DNA from: an uncultured archaeon
GTDB taxonomy: Archaea > Asgardarchaeota > Thorarchaeia > Thorarchaeales > Thorarchaeaceae
Assembly (NCBI GenBank): GCA_964473825.1
Contig: CAYYQL010000052.1
Location: 1 to 14,987 of the forward strand
Direction: 5' to 3'
DNA: 14,987 nt
The translations under genes were made by a program, and so were the position numbers. A model generated the notes under the pieces. The model ran no database searches. It had not been told where the DNA came from and saw nothing but the letters and a program-made list of their open reading frames with translations. This document shows positions 1 through 8,351 of the stretch, piece after piece. How positions within the stretch are numbered: position 1 is the stretch's first letter; every line of letters starts with the position of its first letter.

Positions 1-2
1 AC

Positions 3-626
3 ACCCAGCTCCTCCACCGGATGTACCAGCTCCTCACCCGGAGGCGACCCCCTCCTAAGCACCTGGCTGTGGACGCCACCGGCTTCTCTCACACCACCGG
101 GGGCGAGTGGCAGACTGTGCGCTTCAAGAAGACGCGGAAACGGCGGTTCACTGCCCTCCACGCAGCGGTGGACACTGACTCCCTCATGGCCCATGCGGTG
201 AGAGTCAAGGCTCGACCCGGGGGTGATGCACGACACCTGGTGGCTCTGCTGGGACGGGTCGATGTGTCACGGCTTGCGACCGTCTATGGCGACAGGGCCT
301 ACATCTCCCGACAGAACGTGCAGTGCATCGTTGACCGCGGGGCCTATCCTGCCATCGAGCCCAAGAAGCGACTGCGAGCCCGGTCCCGGGGACATCGTGG
401 CTACAGGGAGTTGTTCCTGGAGTATCGAGCAGACCCTGCTGAGTGGAAGCGGGTGCACGAGTATGGCCAGCGGAGTCTGGTGGAGACCGTGTTCAGCATG
501 ATGAAGCTGCGACTCGGTGGGAGCCTGCAGTCACGAAAGCACCGGGAACAACGACGAGAACTGCTCCTCAGGGTGGTCCTGCATAACGTGGATCGACTCA
601 ACTACCTGAAGTGTGCCGGGAGGTGA
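3..626 (+). CDS. IS5-family (IS903-like) DDE transposase, 5'-truncated by the window edge
   Basis: The frame is open from the window start (acc cag ctc ctc cac cgg atg...), so the ATG at 21 is probably internal. DDE motifs: AVDATG (D1), GDRAY (D2) and YGQRSLVETVFSMMK, the Y-x2-R-x3-E-x6-K signature of IS4/IS5 transposases. Confidence 0.92.
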   Translation, partial: TQLLHRMYQLLTRRRPPPKHLAVDATGFSHTTGGEWQTVRFKKTRKRRFTALHAAVDTDSLMAHAVRVKARPGGDARHLVALLGRVDVSRLATVYGDRAYISRQNVQCIVDRGAYPAIEPKKRLRARSRGHRGYRELFLEYRADPAEWKRVHEYGQRSLVETVFSMMKLRLGGSLQSRKHREQRRELLLRVVLHNVDRLNYLKCAGR

Positions 627-642
627 CTTTTCACACAGAGCC
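625..642 (+). repeat. Right terminal inverted repeat of the IS (GACTTTTCACACAGAGCC)
   Basis: 18 bp overlapping the transposase stop codon. The reverse complement GGCTCTGTGTGAAAAGTC resembles the IS903 IR as I recall it (GGCTTTGTTGAATAAATC). The partner IR is not visible. Confidence 0.7.
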
Positions 643-847
643 CCAAATATCCTGGAGCAAATAGGCAGATTTTCTCAGGGATATAGGAACGGGTTGCAAT
701 ATTCTCTCGAAGGGCGGACAACAAGTCGAACCTCCTTTCTGAAGGTGGATCTAGTCGGAAATGGGTCTTCGTTTGAACCAAACGGATGATTCTGCTACAC
801 CAAAGATTGATTAGCGAGAAGCCCTCTGCTGAACTTGTGGTGAGGAG

Positions 848-1924
848 ATGCAGTGCGTTGAACGAGCTTACTACTACCCCTCTTCTGGGCTGAATCTGTG
901 CCGTCTGGATGTGATTAAGCAGTACTTGCTGTACTATGAGGATGTCAGCATACTGGGGTTTGGATTTGAGTCGTTGGGAGCGGATGACATGATACACATC
1001 GACAATTCTGAGGAAGCCAAGGAAGATGTCAGAGATCTCAAACGCGCCGGCCTGCTAAGAGAAGTGCCCCCAACTCAGGTTATCAATGAATATGGCCAAT
1101 CATTGCTGAAAGATACAGCAAAGGACATCGATATGTTGTCCCGCAAGTACCCAGAAGGCAGTGTGGGACACCGCTGGAGTATCTCGAGTCGAAAGATAAT
1201 TGATGGTCTAGCGGACCTTGTCGATTTGCAGGTTAGTGGCACTCGTTGGCAGAATATGACCTATGCCGAAGGAATGGGAATTCTGCTGAATCACGCATTC
1301 TACTGCTGCATGAAGGAGAATCTTGCGCCCTTTACTGATGAAGAGCTCCATCAGAACGCATTTCACATGAAAGTCATCCGACAAGCAAAGGAGATACTCC
1401 ATGATCCTAAGTATGTCAACATGGTGGATTTGGGCGACTTTCCGCCGGTCCTGCGTGAGCAAAAGATCATGAAATACACGATGAGAGCAACAGTTCCGAT
1501 CTGGCCTGCACCCCATGCAATCCGTGTTGATCAGCTTCTTGAGTTTCGCAAGAACACCGAAAACACACGAAGACATTTCCGGCAGGAAATAGCAAGGTTG
1601 GCCCATGAGATAGCCGATTGTCCGTCGGAGTACAGCGCAGAGAAACGCATTGATAGGTATGTCTTCTCCTACTTGAATGACCTGGACTCGGCACTGCAAG
1701 CTATCGAGGGTGAGAATCTGGACAACATTATTTCTAGCAAGACTGCACTAAAGGGCCTATTTGTGAGCATTGGCAAATCTGCTATTCCCATACTCGATCT
1801 AGTTTTCCGAGTGTCACGCGCAGCAAGGGAGGGGCTGACATCTAGAAGGCTTCGACGGTTGAGAAGCAACGGCTTGTTCTATCTCCTCGAGCTAACCAAT
1901 AGCTTTCAACACGCACCAAGGTGA
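848..1924 (+). CDS. Hypothetical protein, DUF6236-like
   Basis: 358-aa ORF preceded by GGTGAGGAG. The N-terminal 'RAYYYP...IKQYLLYYEDVSIL' and internal 'VDQLLEFRKNTENTRRHFRQEIARLA' resemble motifs I associate with DUF6236-type proteins. The CDS call is solid; the family call is tentative. Confidence 0.7.
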   Translation: MQCVERAYYYPSSGLNLCRLDVIKQYLLYYEDVSILGFGFESLGADDMIHIDNSEEAKEDVRDLKRAGLLREVPPTQVINEYGQSLLKDTAKDIDMLSRKYPEGSVGHRWSISSRKIIDGLADLVDLQVSGTRWQNMTYAEGMGILLNHAFYCCMKENLAPFTDEELHQNAFHMKVIRQAKEILHDPKYVNMVDLGDFPPVLREQKIMKYTMRATVPIWPAPHAIRVDQLLEFRKNTENTRRHFRQEIARLAHEIADCPSEYSAEKRIDRYVFSYLNDLDSALQAIEGENLDNIISSKTALKGLFVSIGKSAIPILDLVFRVSRAAREGLTSRRLRRLRSNGLFYLLELTNSFQHAPR

Positions 1925-2254
1925 GTTCGTCGGGCACCACCTTGGCTAATATTGATTTGATGTTCTGCCGTCCTGCAAATCGGCTCTTGAGAGGTCGTGG
2001 GTAGTTGTCGTGTCGTGATATAGACTACAGGCATACATCACTGTTCGAGAAGCCTATTCTCAATCATTGCCTCAACCTAGCACAATCTTCCGTAGTGCCC
2101 CTTATCTACCTTTCTCAGCATAATGCCGATTCTCAGGTTGATGCGGTCTTTGCACACGGTCACAAGAGAACCATATTTTGTAGTAGCTGCGCTATCCAGC
2201 TAATATAGAACACACTCTTATGCGAAGTACGGTGAGATAAATCGAGGTTGCAAA

Positions 2255-3211
2255 ATGGAAATCGAGAAACTAGATTATGTCTCAGTTCGAGAGGTTTGGA
2301 ATAGTGAACCAAGGGACTTCACCAAGTGGTTGGCCAACAACGTTGACATTCTTAGCGAAGCACTCGATCTCCAAATGCCTCTGGTATCACCAGACACAGA
2401 GTCTGCCGTCGGCTCCTTCCTAGCTGACCTTGTACTGGAAGATGAAAGTGGAGAACAAGTCGTAGTTGAGTGTCAGCTAGAGGAGAGCGATCACAAACAC
2501 CTCGGACAGATTCTTACCTATGTAACGAATCTTGAGGCGAAGATTGGGATTTGGATTTGCACAAATGCTCGAGCCGAGCATGCACGTGCAGTATCCTGGT
2601 TGAATGAGGTTTCACCAGTCGACACCTACTTCTATCTTGTCAACCTCAAAACCGTCAGGATATCTGATTCCACCTGTGCACCACTCTTCAATGTGATTGC
2701 CGGCCCCAGTGAAGAGAGTAAAAAGGCTAGCATGATCAAGAAGCAGGATGCAGAACGACATAGACTGCGATATGAATTCTGGACTCAATTGCTTGAAAAG
2801 TGTCAGGCACGAGAGACTCTATTCCAGAACATATCGCCTGGGAAGTTCGGTCACATTCAGAAGGGCTCTGGTTTCGCGAGGATAACCTACAGATATATTG
2901 TTTCTTATGAATACGTGGCTGTGGATCTCTATATCGACATCCAAAATCCGGAATTAAACAAGGAGATACTTGATAGGCTGGAAGAGAACAAGGCCAAGAT
3001 TGAGCAGGAGTTCGGTGAGAATCTGATATGGGACTATGAAGAGGGTAGGCGTGCCTGTAAGGTGCGCTGGACCCGTAGGGATGTAGGACTACGTGATAGA
3101 GAGGATTGGCCCAAAATCCATGACGACATGATCCAGCATATGAAACGGTTCCATCATGCAATCGATGTCCCATTGAAGAATATTATGCGGGAACTCAATC
3201 AAGATGCATAG
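2255..3211 (+). CDS. DUF4268 domain-containing protein with N-terminal PD-(D/E)xK-like (NucS-like) domain
   Basis: N-terminal family motifs: VW.SE..DFT.WLA.N, E..VG.F.ADL, VVVECQLEESDHKHLGQILTY and EH.RA..WLN. C-terminal 'RYEFWTQLL...VDLYI...NKEILDRLEENKAKIEQEFGENLIWD...EDWPKIHD' matches DUF4268. GAGGT SD upstream. Confidence 0.85.
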   Translation: MEIEKLDYVSVREVWNSEPRDFTKWLANNVDILSEALDLQMPLVSPDTESAVGSFLADLVLEDESGEQVVVECQLEESDHKHLGQILTYVTNLEAKIGIWICTNARAEHARAVSWLNEVSPVDTYFYLVNLKTVRISDSTCAPLFNVIAGPSEESKKASMIKKQDAERHRLRYEFWTQLLEKCQARETLFQNISPGKFGHIQKGSGFARITYRYIVSYEYVAVDLYIDIQNPELNKEILDRLEENKAKIEQEFGENLIWDYEEGRRACKVRWTRRDVGLRDREDWPKIHDDMIQHMKRFHHAIDVPLKNIMRELNQDA

Positions 3212-3255
3212 GAGTCCAAGCTTCCAGTCGAATCTCTCCACTTGGGGTGCACACA

Positions 3256-3801
3256 CTAGTATTTCAGCTCCAAGTAATAGAGTCCGTCTTCCTCCGTTAT
3301 TCTTCGCATGGCTTCGATGTTCTCTGACTCAATACCGGGTCCGAAGAGGTGTCCAGACACATCTCCCCGTTTCATCACGAAGCTATCAAGAATGGCAAGA
3401 ACCCTTTTCGCAGAGTCATCAGCCGCTTTTCTTGCCTTTCTTAGGAACTGCAACTTGGTCTTGTTTGAACTCGGATATCCAATGACTAACACATTGGGAG
3501 CGTGCGAACTCTTGATTTTCTTAAGTAACTCACCAAGCCTGCTTGCTCTATTCTCATGTTCAACATGGAGTGTGGGCTTCTCCTCATCAATATCCGACAT
3601 ACTCCAGAACCACACAAGGTCAAAACGGCGCCACTCATAGTCGACATAATAACTAAGCATTCTTCCAAGTCTGGCGAAGTATCCCAGTATCTGATGAGTC
3701 CATTTCGTGTTATTTGATCCACCAACTAGACCAAACGTGACGTAATTCCTGACAAAACCATAGAACAGGTCTTCCAATGGTGTCCTCCGAATTGTATCCA
3801 T
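3256..3801 (-). CDS. Hypothetical protein, putative restriction-endonuclease-fold (PD-(D/E)xK-like) nuclease
   Basis: 181 aa. The ATG directly abuts the hsdR stop (TAG-ATG). Motif pattern E-x4-D-LVW ... VEHEN ... KK ... APNVLVIGY. Confidence 0.72.
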   Translation of the reverse strand: MDTIRRTPLEDLFYGFVRNYVTFGLVGGSNNTKWTHQILGYFARLGRMLSYYVDYEWRRFDLVWFWSMSDIDEEKPTLHVEHENRASRLGELLKKIKSSHAPNVLVIGYPSSNKTKLQFLRKARKAADDSAKRVLAILDSFVMKRGDVSGHLFGPGIESENIEAMRRITEEDGLYYLELKY

Positions 3802-6800
3802 CTAAGCTACCGCCTCTCTCTGTGCATAGACACTCTGTCCCTCTCCCCAGTACGACTCATAGACATGTTGATAGACCGCCTTGCATTTCTTGTCATACAG
3901 ATTCCTGTCATAGTCATCAGGCAACTTGTCCAGCACGTCCCGAATGGTAACTTTCACAACAGCCCGTGACTGCTGTGTCTTGCGCCAGTCAATAGCCATC
4001 TTATCATGGAGGACTCTCAATAAGTCGCGGGCTACGTCCTTCACCAGCTCTCTATCCTTTTTCTCCAGCTTCGGTTCTGGTTTGGTCAGCAGGTCGAAGA
4101 CCGCGAGCTCCTCCTCGGTGAGATTCTCAGCCACATGACGCTGCTCCTCATCACTGAGCTCCTTCGTTAGTTGCACGAGGGCGTCGAAGAACTGGTCAAC
4201 ATTCGTGCGTCCTTCGTTGTAGTCGTCAATCATCTGCTGCAGTCGCTTCATGTAGTCAATCCGCGTGCGATTGAGGAGTATCAGTTCGCGAAGTCGTGCC
4301 TGCGTGATACTCCTGAGGCGCTGCATATAGGTCCGCTTCTGCCGGGTTTCCCTGAACTTCCGTTCGAGGAGTTCGAAGTCAATCTTGCTCAGGTCGGTGG
4401 TCAGATGCTCCACAGGGTCTTCTGGCATCACATAGGGCTCGGCTGCAACAGATTGGTCCAGCAGGTCATTGATGTCGTCCATCACGAAAGAGATGTCTGC
4501 AGTTTCGGTCACGGCCTGGATCCGCCGCTTGATGACGATGAGGAGCTTCCGTATCGCCTTGAACTTCTCCTCGGCCTCCTCATGGGGCTTGACCGCCCGA
4601 TAAAGCAGGTTCACCGATGAGACCCGCGACATGAATTCGCGTTTGGTCTTGTCGGTTCGGAGCATCGCATCAGCCGCAAGTTGAATGAGCTTCCCTCTAT
4701 CAAGACCCTCCGCTTCCATGATGACGGTCGGATAGACGCCGTTTTTCCGACAGAAGTCCTCTGCTGCTTCGACCTCCTTCTCCAGCTCCTCAACCAGCGC
4801 CTCCTTGATCTTGATGGGCATATCACCCTCCTCAACACCACCGCCAGAGGACGAACCATAAATTGAGAGCGCCTTCTGGAGGTTGTTGAAAATCCCGATG
4901 TAGTCCACGATGATGCCGTTCTGTTTGTCCCTGAACACGCGGTTCGCACGGGCAATGGTCTGCATCAAAGTATGATTGCGCATCGGCTTGTCGAGATAGA
5001 TAGTCGAGGTGGGTTTCGCATCGAAGCCCGTGATCCACATGGCGCAGACGAATACGATTCTCAGGGGATCATCTGCATCCTTGAACTTCTCATCGAGGTC
5101 CTCGTTGTTCATCCGCCTTCGGTGAGGGAGAATATCGATGCCAATCTTGCGAAAGTCGTCTACCTCATTCTGCGTGTTGCCCAACGAGATGACGACCGCC
5201 ATGTCAGTGTTCTTCATGTATTGAGCGAGTGCAATCAGCTCATCAGCACGAGCTCTCTCAATCGGGTCGGGGTCGGAAGCCAGAATCGCCTCAATCTCTC
5301 CTCTCAGCCGATCAATCTTCTCTGACCAGTACTTCTGTACCTTCTCGTACGTCCGAACAGCCGTCAGCCTGTCGATAGAGATGACCATGGCCTTGCCCTG
5401 ATGCCCTCGCGAGGTGAAGTGCTCGACGATGTCCTCCGCTACCTTCTCCAGGCGGTCATCGCGGGTGATCAGGTGCTTCTTCTGACGGAGATATCTCTCC
5501 AGCTTCTCCTCCTGTTCGATGTCGAGCTCAGCCTGTTCGATGAGCTGGAGTACGTCCTCGTTGAAGGCCTCGTTAGTCAGTTGCAGCTTCGGGGTTCGAT
5601 TCTCGTAGTACAGGGGAACCGTCGCATTGTCCTCGACGGACTGCCTGAAGTTGTAGATGCTCACATAGTCGCCGAAGACCTTGCGGGTGAGCTGTTCCTC
5701 CACAATCAGAGGAGTTCCCGTGAAGCCGATGAAGGCCGCATTGGGCAGGGCGTCCCGCATGTTCTGTGCGAGAATGTCGTACTGGGTGCGGTGCGCCTCG
5801 TCGGTCATGACGATGATGTTCGAACGGTCGGTGAGTTTCGGATAGGTCTCAGCGTGCTCTGTCCTGAACTTGTGGATGATGGTGAAGATGTAGCGATGGT
5901 CCTCCTGGAGCAGCTGTTTCAGATGCTCGCCGTTCTGCGCCCTGACCTGCTCCTCGCTCTGGTAGATCACGCCGGAGTCCGCGAAGTTCGTGTAGATCTG
6001 GTCATCGAGTTCGAGACGGTCTGTGACGACCACGAAGGTGTAGTCCCCTGACATCTTGCGCAGGACCTTCTGGCTGAAGAAGACCATGGAGTAGCTCTTC
6101 CCGCTCCCCTGGGTGTGCCAGAAGACACCGAGGCGACCCTTGTTCTCGTCGATGTTTCTTACTGACTCGACGGCGTTGTTGACACCATAGTACTGGTGAT
6201 AGCGCGCAACGAACTTCTCGGTGCCCTTCTTGCCCTTGTGGAAGAGGATGAAGTTCTCGATGATGTCCAGCAGACGGTTCTTCTCGCAGGTCCCGCGGAT
6301 CATGGTCTCGAGGGAGGCCTCTGTGTCGTCATCCTCGTCCTTTATCTTCTTCCACTCGTTGAAGTGCTCGAAGGGGGAAGTCACGGTCCCCATGCCGCTC
6401 TCGATTCCGTTGGAGATGATGATGAAGGCGTTGTACCAGAAGATCTCGGGGATGGTGTCCTTGTAGTCGCGGAGGTTGCCCACGTAGGCGTTCTCGAGCT
6501 GGCGGTCGATGGCCTTGAGCTCGATGAACACAAGGGGAATGCCGTTGACGAAGCCGATGAGGTCCGGGCGTCGCTTGTACTGCTTGCCCTGGATCCACAT
6601 CTGAGAAACCAGGAAGTAGTCATTGTTCTGGGGGTTGTCCCAGTCGATGAAGAAGACCCGCTCCTCGATGTCCTCGCCGTGGGGGCCCTTGAAGTGGACG
6701 AGGGTACCGTCCTTGAGCATCTCGTAGACCTCCTGGTTGGCGGTGACAATCTGCTTGGTGCTACGGTCCTGGGTGAGCTGGGCTACGGCCAGCTGCAGAG

Positions 6801-7023
6801 CGTGTTCGGGGAGGTCCGGGTTGAGCGTGTGGAGGGCTCCGAGGAGGCGCTTGTGGAGGACGACCTGTTCTTGCGAGTCTCTCTCGGTGACGGGGCAGTC
6901 GTTGAGAATCTCGTCGAAGGCGTTTGCCGTCTCCCAGCCGAGCTCCTCGAATATGGCTATCGCTGGCTGTTCGACCAGTGTGTCTTCCGTATAGTCGCTA
7001 GTCCTCGTCGCCGTCTTGGTCAT
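3802..7023 (-). CDS. hsdR: Type I restriction enzyme subunit R
   Basis: 1073 aa. Nuclease motif RRPDLIGFVNGIPLVFIELK, Walker A WHTQGSGKS, VTDRLELDDQ, DEAHR (DEAD-like box), FTGTP, and MWITGFD/LMQTIARANR helicase motifs. C-terminal helical DUF3387-like region. Confidence 0.97.
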   Translation of the reverse strand: MTKTATRTSDYTEDTLVEQPAIAIFEELGWETANAFDEILNDCPVTERDSQEQVVLHKRLLGALHTLNPDLPEHALQLAVAQLTQDRSTKQIVTANQEVYEMLKDGTLVHFKGPHGEDIEERVFFIDWDNPQNNDYFLVSQMWIQGKQYKRRPDLIGFVNGIPLVFIELKAIDRQLENAYVGNLRDYKDTIPEIFWYNAFIIISNGIESGMGTVTSPFEHFNEWKKIKDEDDDTEASLETMIRGTCEKNRLLDIIENFILFHKGKKGTEKFVARYHQYYGVNNAVESVRNIDENKGRLGVFWHTQGSGKSYSMVFFSQKVLRKMSGDYTFVVVTDRLELDDQIYTNFADSGVIYQSEEQVRAQNGEHLKQLLQEDHRYIFTIIHKFRTEHAETYPKLTDRSNIIVMTDEAHRTQYDILAQNMRDALPNAAFIGFTGTPLIVEEQLTRKVFGDYVSIYNFRQSVEDNATVPLYYENRTPKLQLTNEAFNEDVLQLIEQAELDIEQEEKLERYLRQKKHLITRDDRLEKVAEDIVEHFTSRGHQGKAMVISIDRLTAVRTYEKVQKYWSEKIDRLRGEIEAILASDPDPIERARADELIALAQYMKNTDMAVVISLGNTQNEVDDFRKIGIDILPHRRRMNNEDLDEKFKDADDPLRIVFVCAMWITGFDAKPTSTIYLDKPMRNHTLMQTIARANRVFRDKQNGIIVDYIGIFNNLQKALSIYGSSSGGGVEEGDMPIKIKEALVEELEKEVEAAEDFCRKNGVYPTVIMEAEGLDRGKLIQLAADAMLRTDKTKREFMSRVSSVNLLYRAVKPHEEAEEKFKAIRKLLIVIKRRIQAVTETADISFVMDDINDLLDQSVAAEPYVMPEDPVEHLTTDLSKIDFELLERKFRETRQKRTYMQRLRSITQARLRELILLNRTRIDYMKRLQQMIDDYNEGRTNVDQFFDALVQLTKELSDEEQRHVAENLTEEELAVFDLLTKPEPKLEKKDRELVKDVARDLLRVLHDKMAIDWRKTQQSRAVVKVTIRDVLDKLPDDYDRNLYDKKCKAVYQHVYESYWGEGQSVYAQREAVA

Positions 7024-8338
7024 CCCCGTCTAGCCACTTGTCTAGAGTTGGGTGCTCTTCGTATTTGGGTGTTTTGCGGGTGGTGGCTTGGGGCAGGTCG
7101 AGGTTGGATACGTCGATTTCTCCTGAAACGAGGCGTGGTAGGAGTAGATCACGTGTCGACTGCAACACTGACTTCTGCTTCATCAGGTTCAATATGAGAT
7201 CCAGAAAAGGTACAATCCGGGTGCAGAATGCTTCAATCAAGGCAAGAGGCGGGAGGGAAATCTTGAGTGCTCGAAATGTGTCGATGATGATTGTATCAAA
7301 GACTGCACCATGAGTCATCTTTCTCAGTTTTTGCACGCATTCAAGTGTCTTGTATAGAACAAATGGCTGTCCGATACAGTGTTTTCCTTTGAGAGCATAC
7401 GAGGTCTGACTCATTGCCATCGGCACTGCTGGCATAACAACGCGACCCACTGTTCCCCTTGCCGTAATGAATACAGTATCCTTTGGATAGGCCTCACTTC
7501 TGCAGTTCTCTAAACCGAGTTCGGTTATGTGCCGTTCTGTTTCTAAGATGTACAGACTGTCCTGAATATCTCTGGGAGTGAAAAAAGGGATTTGCCCATT
7601 CCAGTATTCCTCTCTCTTCGTTCTCGGTGTACCTCCACTTAGGACATCAGCCATCTCGGTAAAGGAAACTACCTTCCACCCCTCAGGAATCTCCCCCAGT
7701 TCCGAGTCCACCATCTCCACATCCTCGTGCCCCGGGAACCTGAAGTGCACGAACCACTCGCGGTAGATTGCCCTCGCCATCTCCTCAAGAATCTCGATGC
7801 GGCGACGGTTGTTCTCGATGAGATCATCGTAAGCAGAGAGCAGATAGGTGACCTTTTGTTGAATCTCAAGCGGCGGGATTTCCATCCTGACCTTCACTAA
7901 TTCCGACTGTCTGATGCCTTGGGCCGTTGTGCCTGTTGCGCGAGCATTCAACCTATCTTGTATAGTCTTACTGCTCAGAATGTAGTACAGAAATCTTCCA
8001 TCTAGCAGTTCGGGTCTTGCCCTCAAGGCATACAGCCTCTGACCTATGCAGATATTCTCATGAGTCCTCAGATACGCAACTTCTCCCAGTGGAGCCTCCG
8101 AAGTCACTAGTACATCCCCCGCGTCCAGCTTCTCTGGCATCCAACAATCATACATCTCAGGAGTTATGAATCTGATTCCTCTGTCAAAGTTGACACGCCC
8201 CCCTTTGACATTCTTCGCGGAAATAACGGGAACCCCTTTCTTAACAAAAGAACCTCCCAGCTTCTTTGGGGTTCGACCACGATGGTCGAGGAGGACTCCC
8301 AGCAAATCCCCCAACTCGTATGATTCGAAATCAATCAA
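6998..8338 (-). CDS. hsdS: Type I restriction-modification specificity subunit S (two TRDs)
   Basis: 446 aa with a TTG start and GAGGTG SD. Two TRDs (GRTP.../GGTP...), central conserved region PPLEIQQK...LEEMARAIYREWFVHFRFPG...ELGEIPEGW, and distal RDLLLPRLVSGEIDV. Overlaps the hsdR start by 26 nt. Confidence 0.95.
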   Translation of the reverse strand: MIDFESYELGDLLGVLLDHRGRTPKKLGGSFVKKGVPVISAKNVKGGRVNFDRGIRFITPEMYDCWMPEKLDAGDVLVTSEAPLGEVAYLRTHENICIGQRLYALRARPELLDGRFLYYILSSKTIQDRLNARATGTTAQGIRQSELVKVRMEIPPLEIQQKVTYLLSAYDDLIENNRRRIEILEEMARAIYREWFVHFRFPGHEDVEMVDSELGEIPEGWKVVSFTEMADVLSGGTPRTKREEYWNGQIPFFTPRDIQDSLYILETERHITELGLENCRSEAYPKDTVFITARGTVGRVVMPAVPMAMSQTSYALKGKHCIGQPFVLYKTLECVQKLRKMTHGAVFDTIIIDTFRALKISLPPLALIEAFCTRIVPFLDLILNLMKQKSVLQSTRDLLLPRLVSGEIDVSNLDLPQATTRKTPKYEEHPTLDKWLDGDDQDGDED

Positions 8339-8351
8339 TGGTGATACACCT

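Larger units (their letters stand above)
1..642 (+). mobile_element. Right part of an IS5-family insertion sequence
   Basis: Transposase 3' end followed directly by an IS903-like terminal inverted repeat. The element is GC-richer than the DNA downstream. Its left end lies outside the window. Confidence 0.85.

Noticed and set aside
602-997. 131-aa minus-strand ORF spanning the IS end
   Set aside because: It overlaps the transposase end, the IR and the start of the 358-aa gene, and has no recognisable motif.
2005-2208. 67-aa ORF in the 1925-2254 intergenic region
   Set aside because: TTG start, short, atypical composition and no motif. Treated as non-coding or decayed sequence.
6196-7197. 333-aa plus-strand ORF, and similar ORFs at 5401-6051, 4171-4620 and 4972-5325
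   Set aside because: Antisense shadows of the GC3-rich hsdR. Their V/L/D/E/G-rich composition is typical of reverse-frame artefacts and they carry no motifs.
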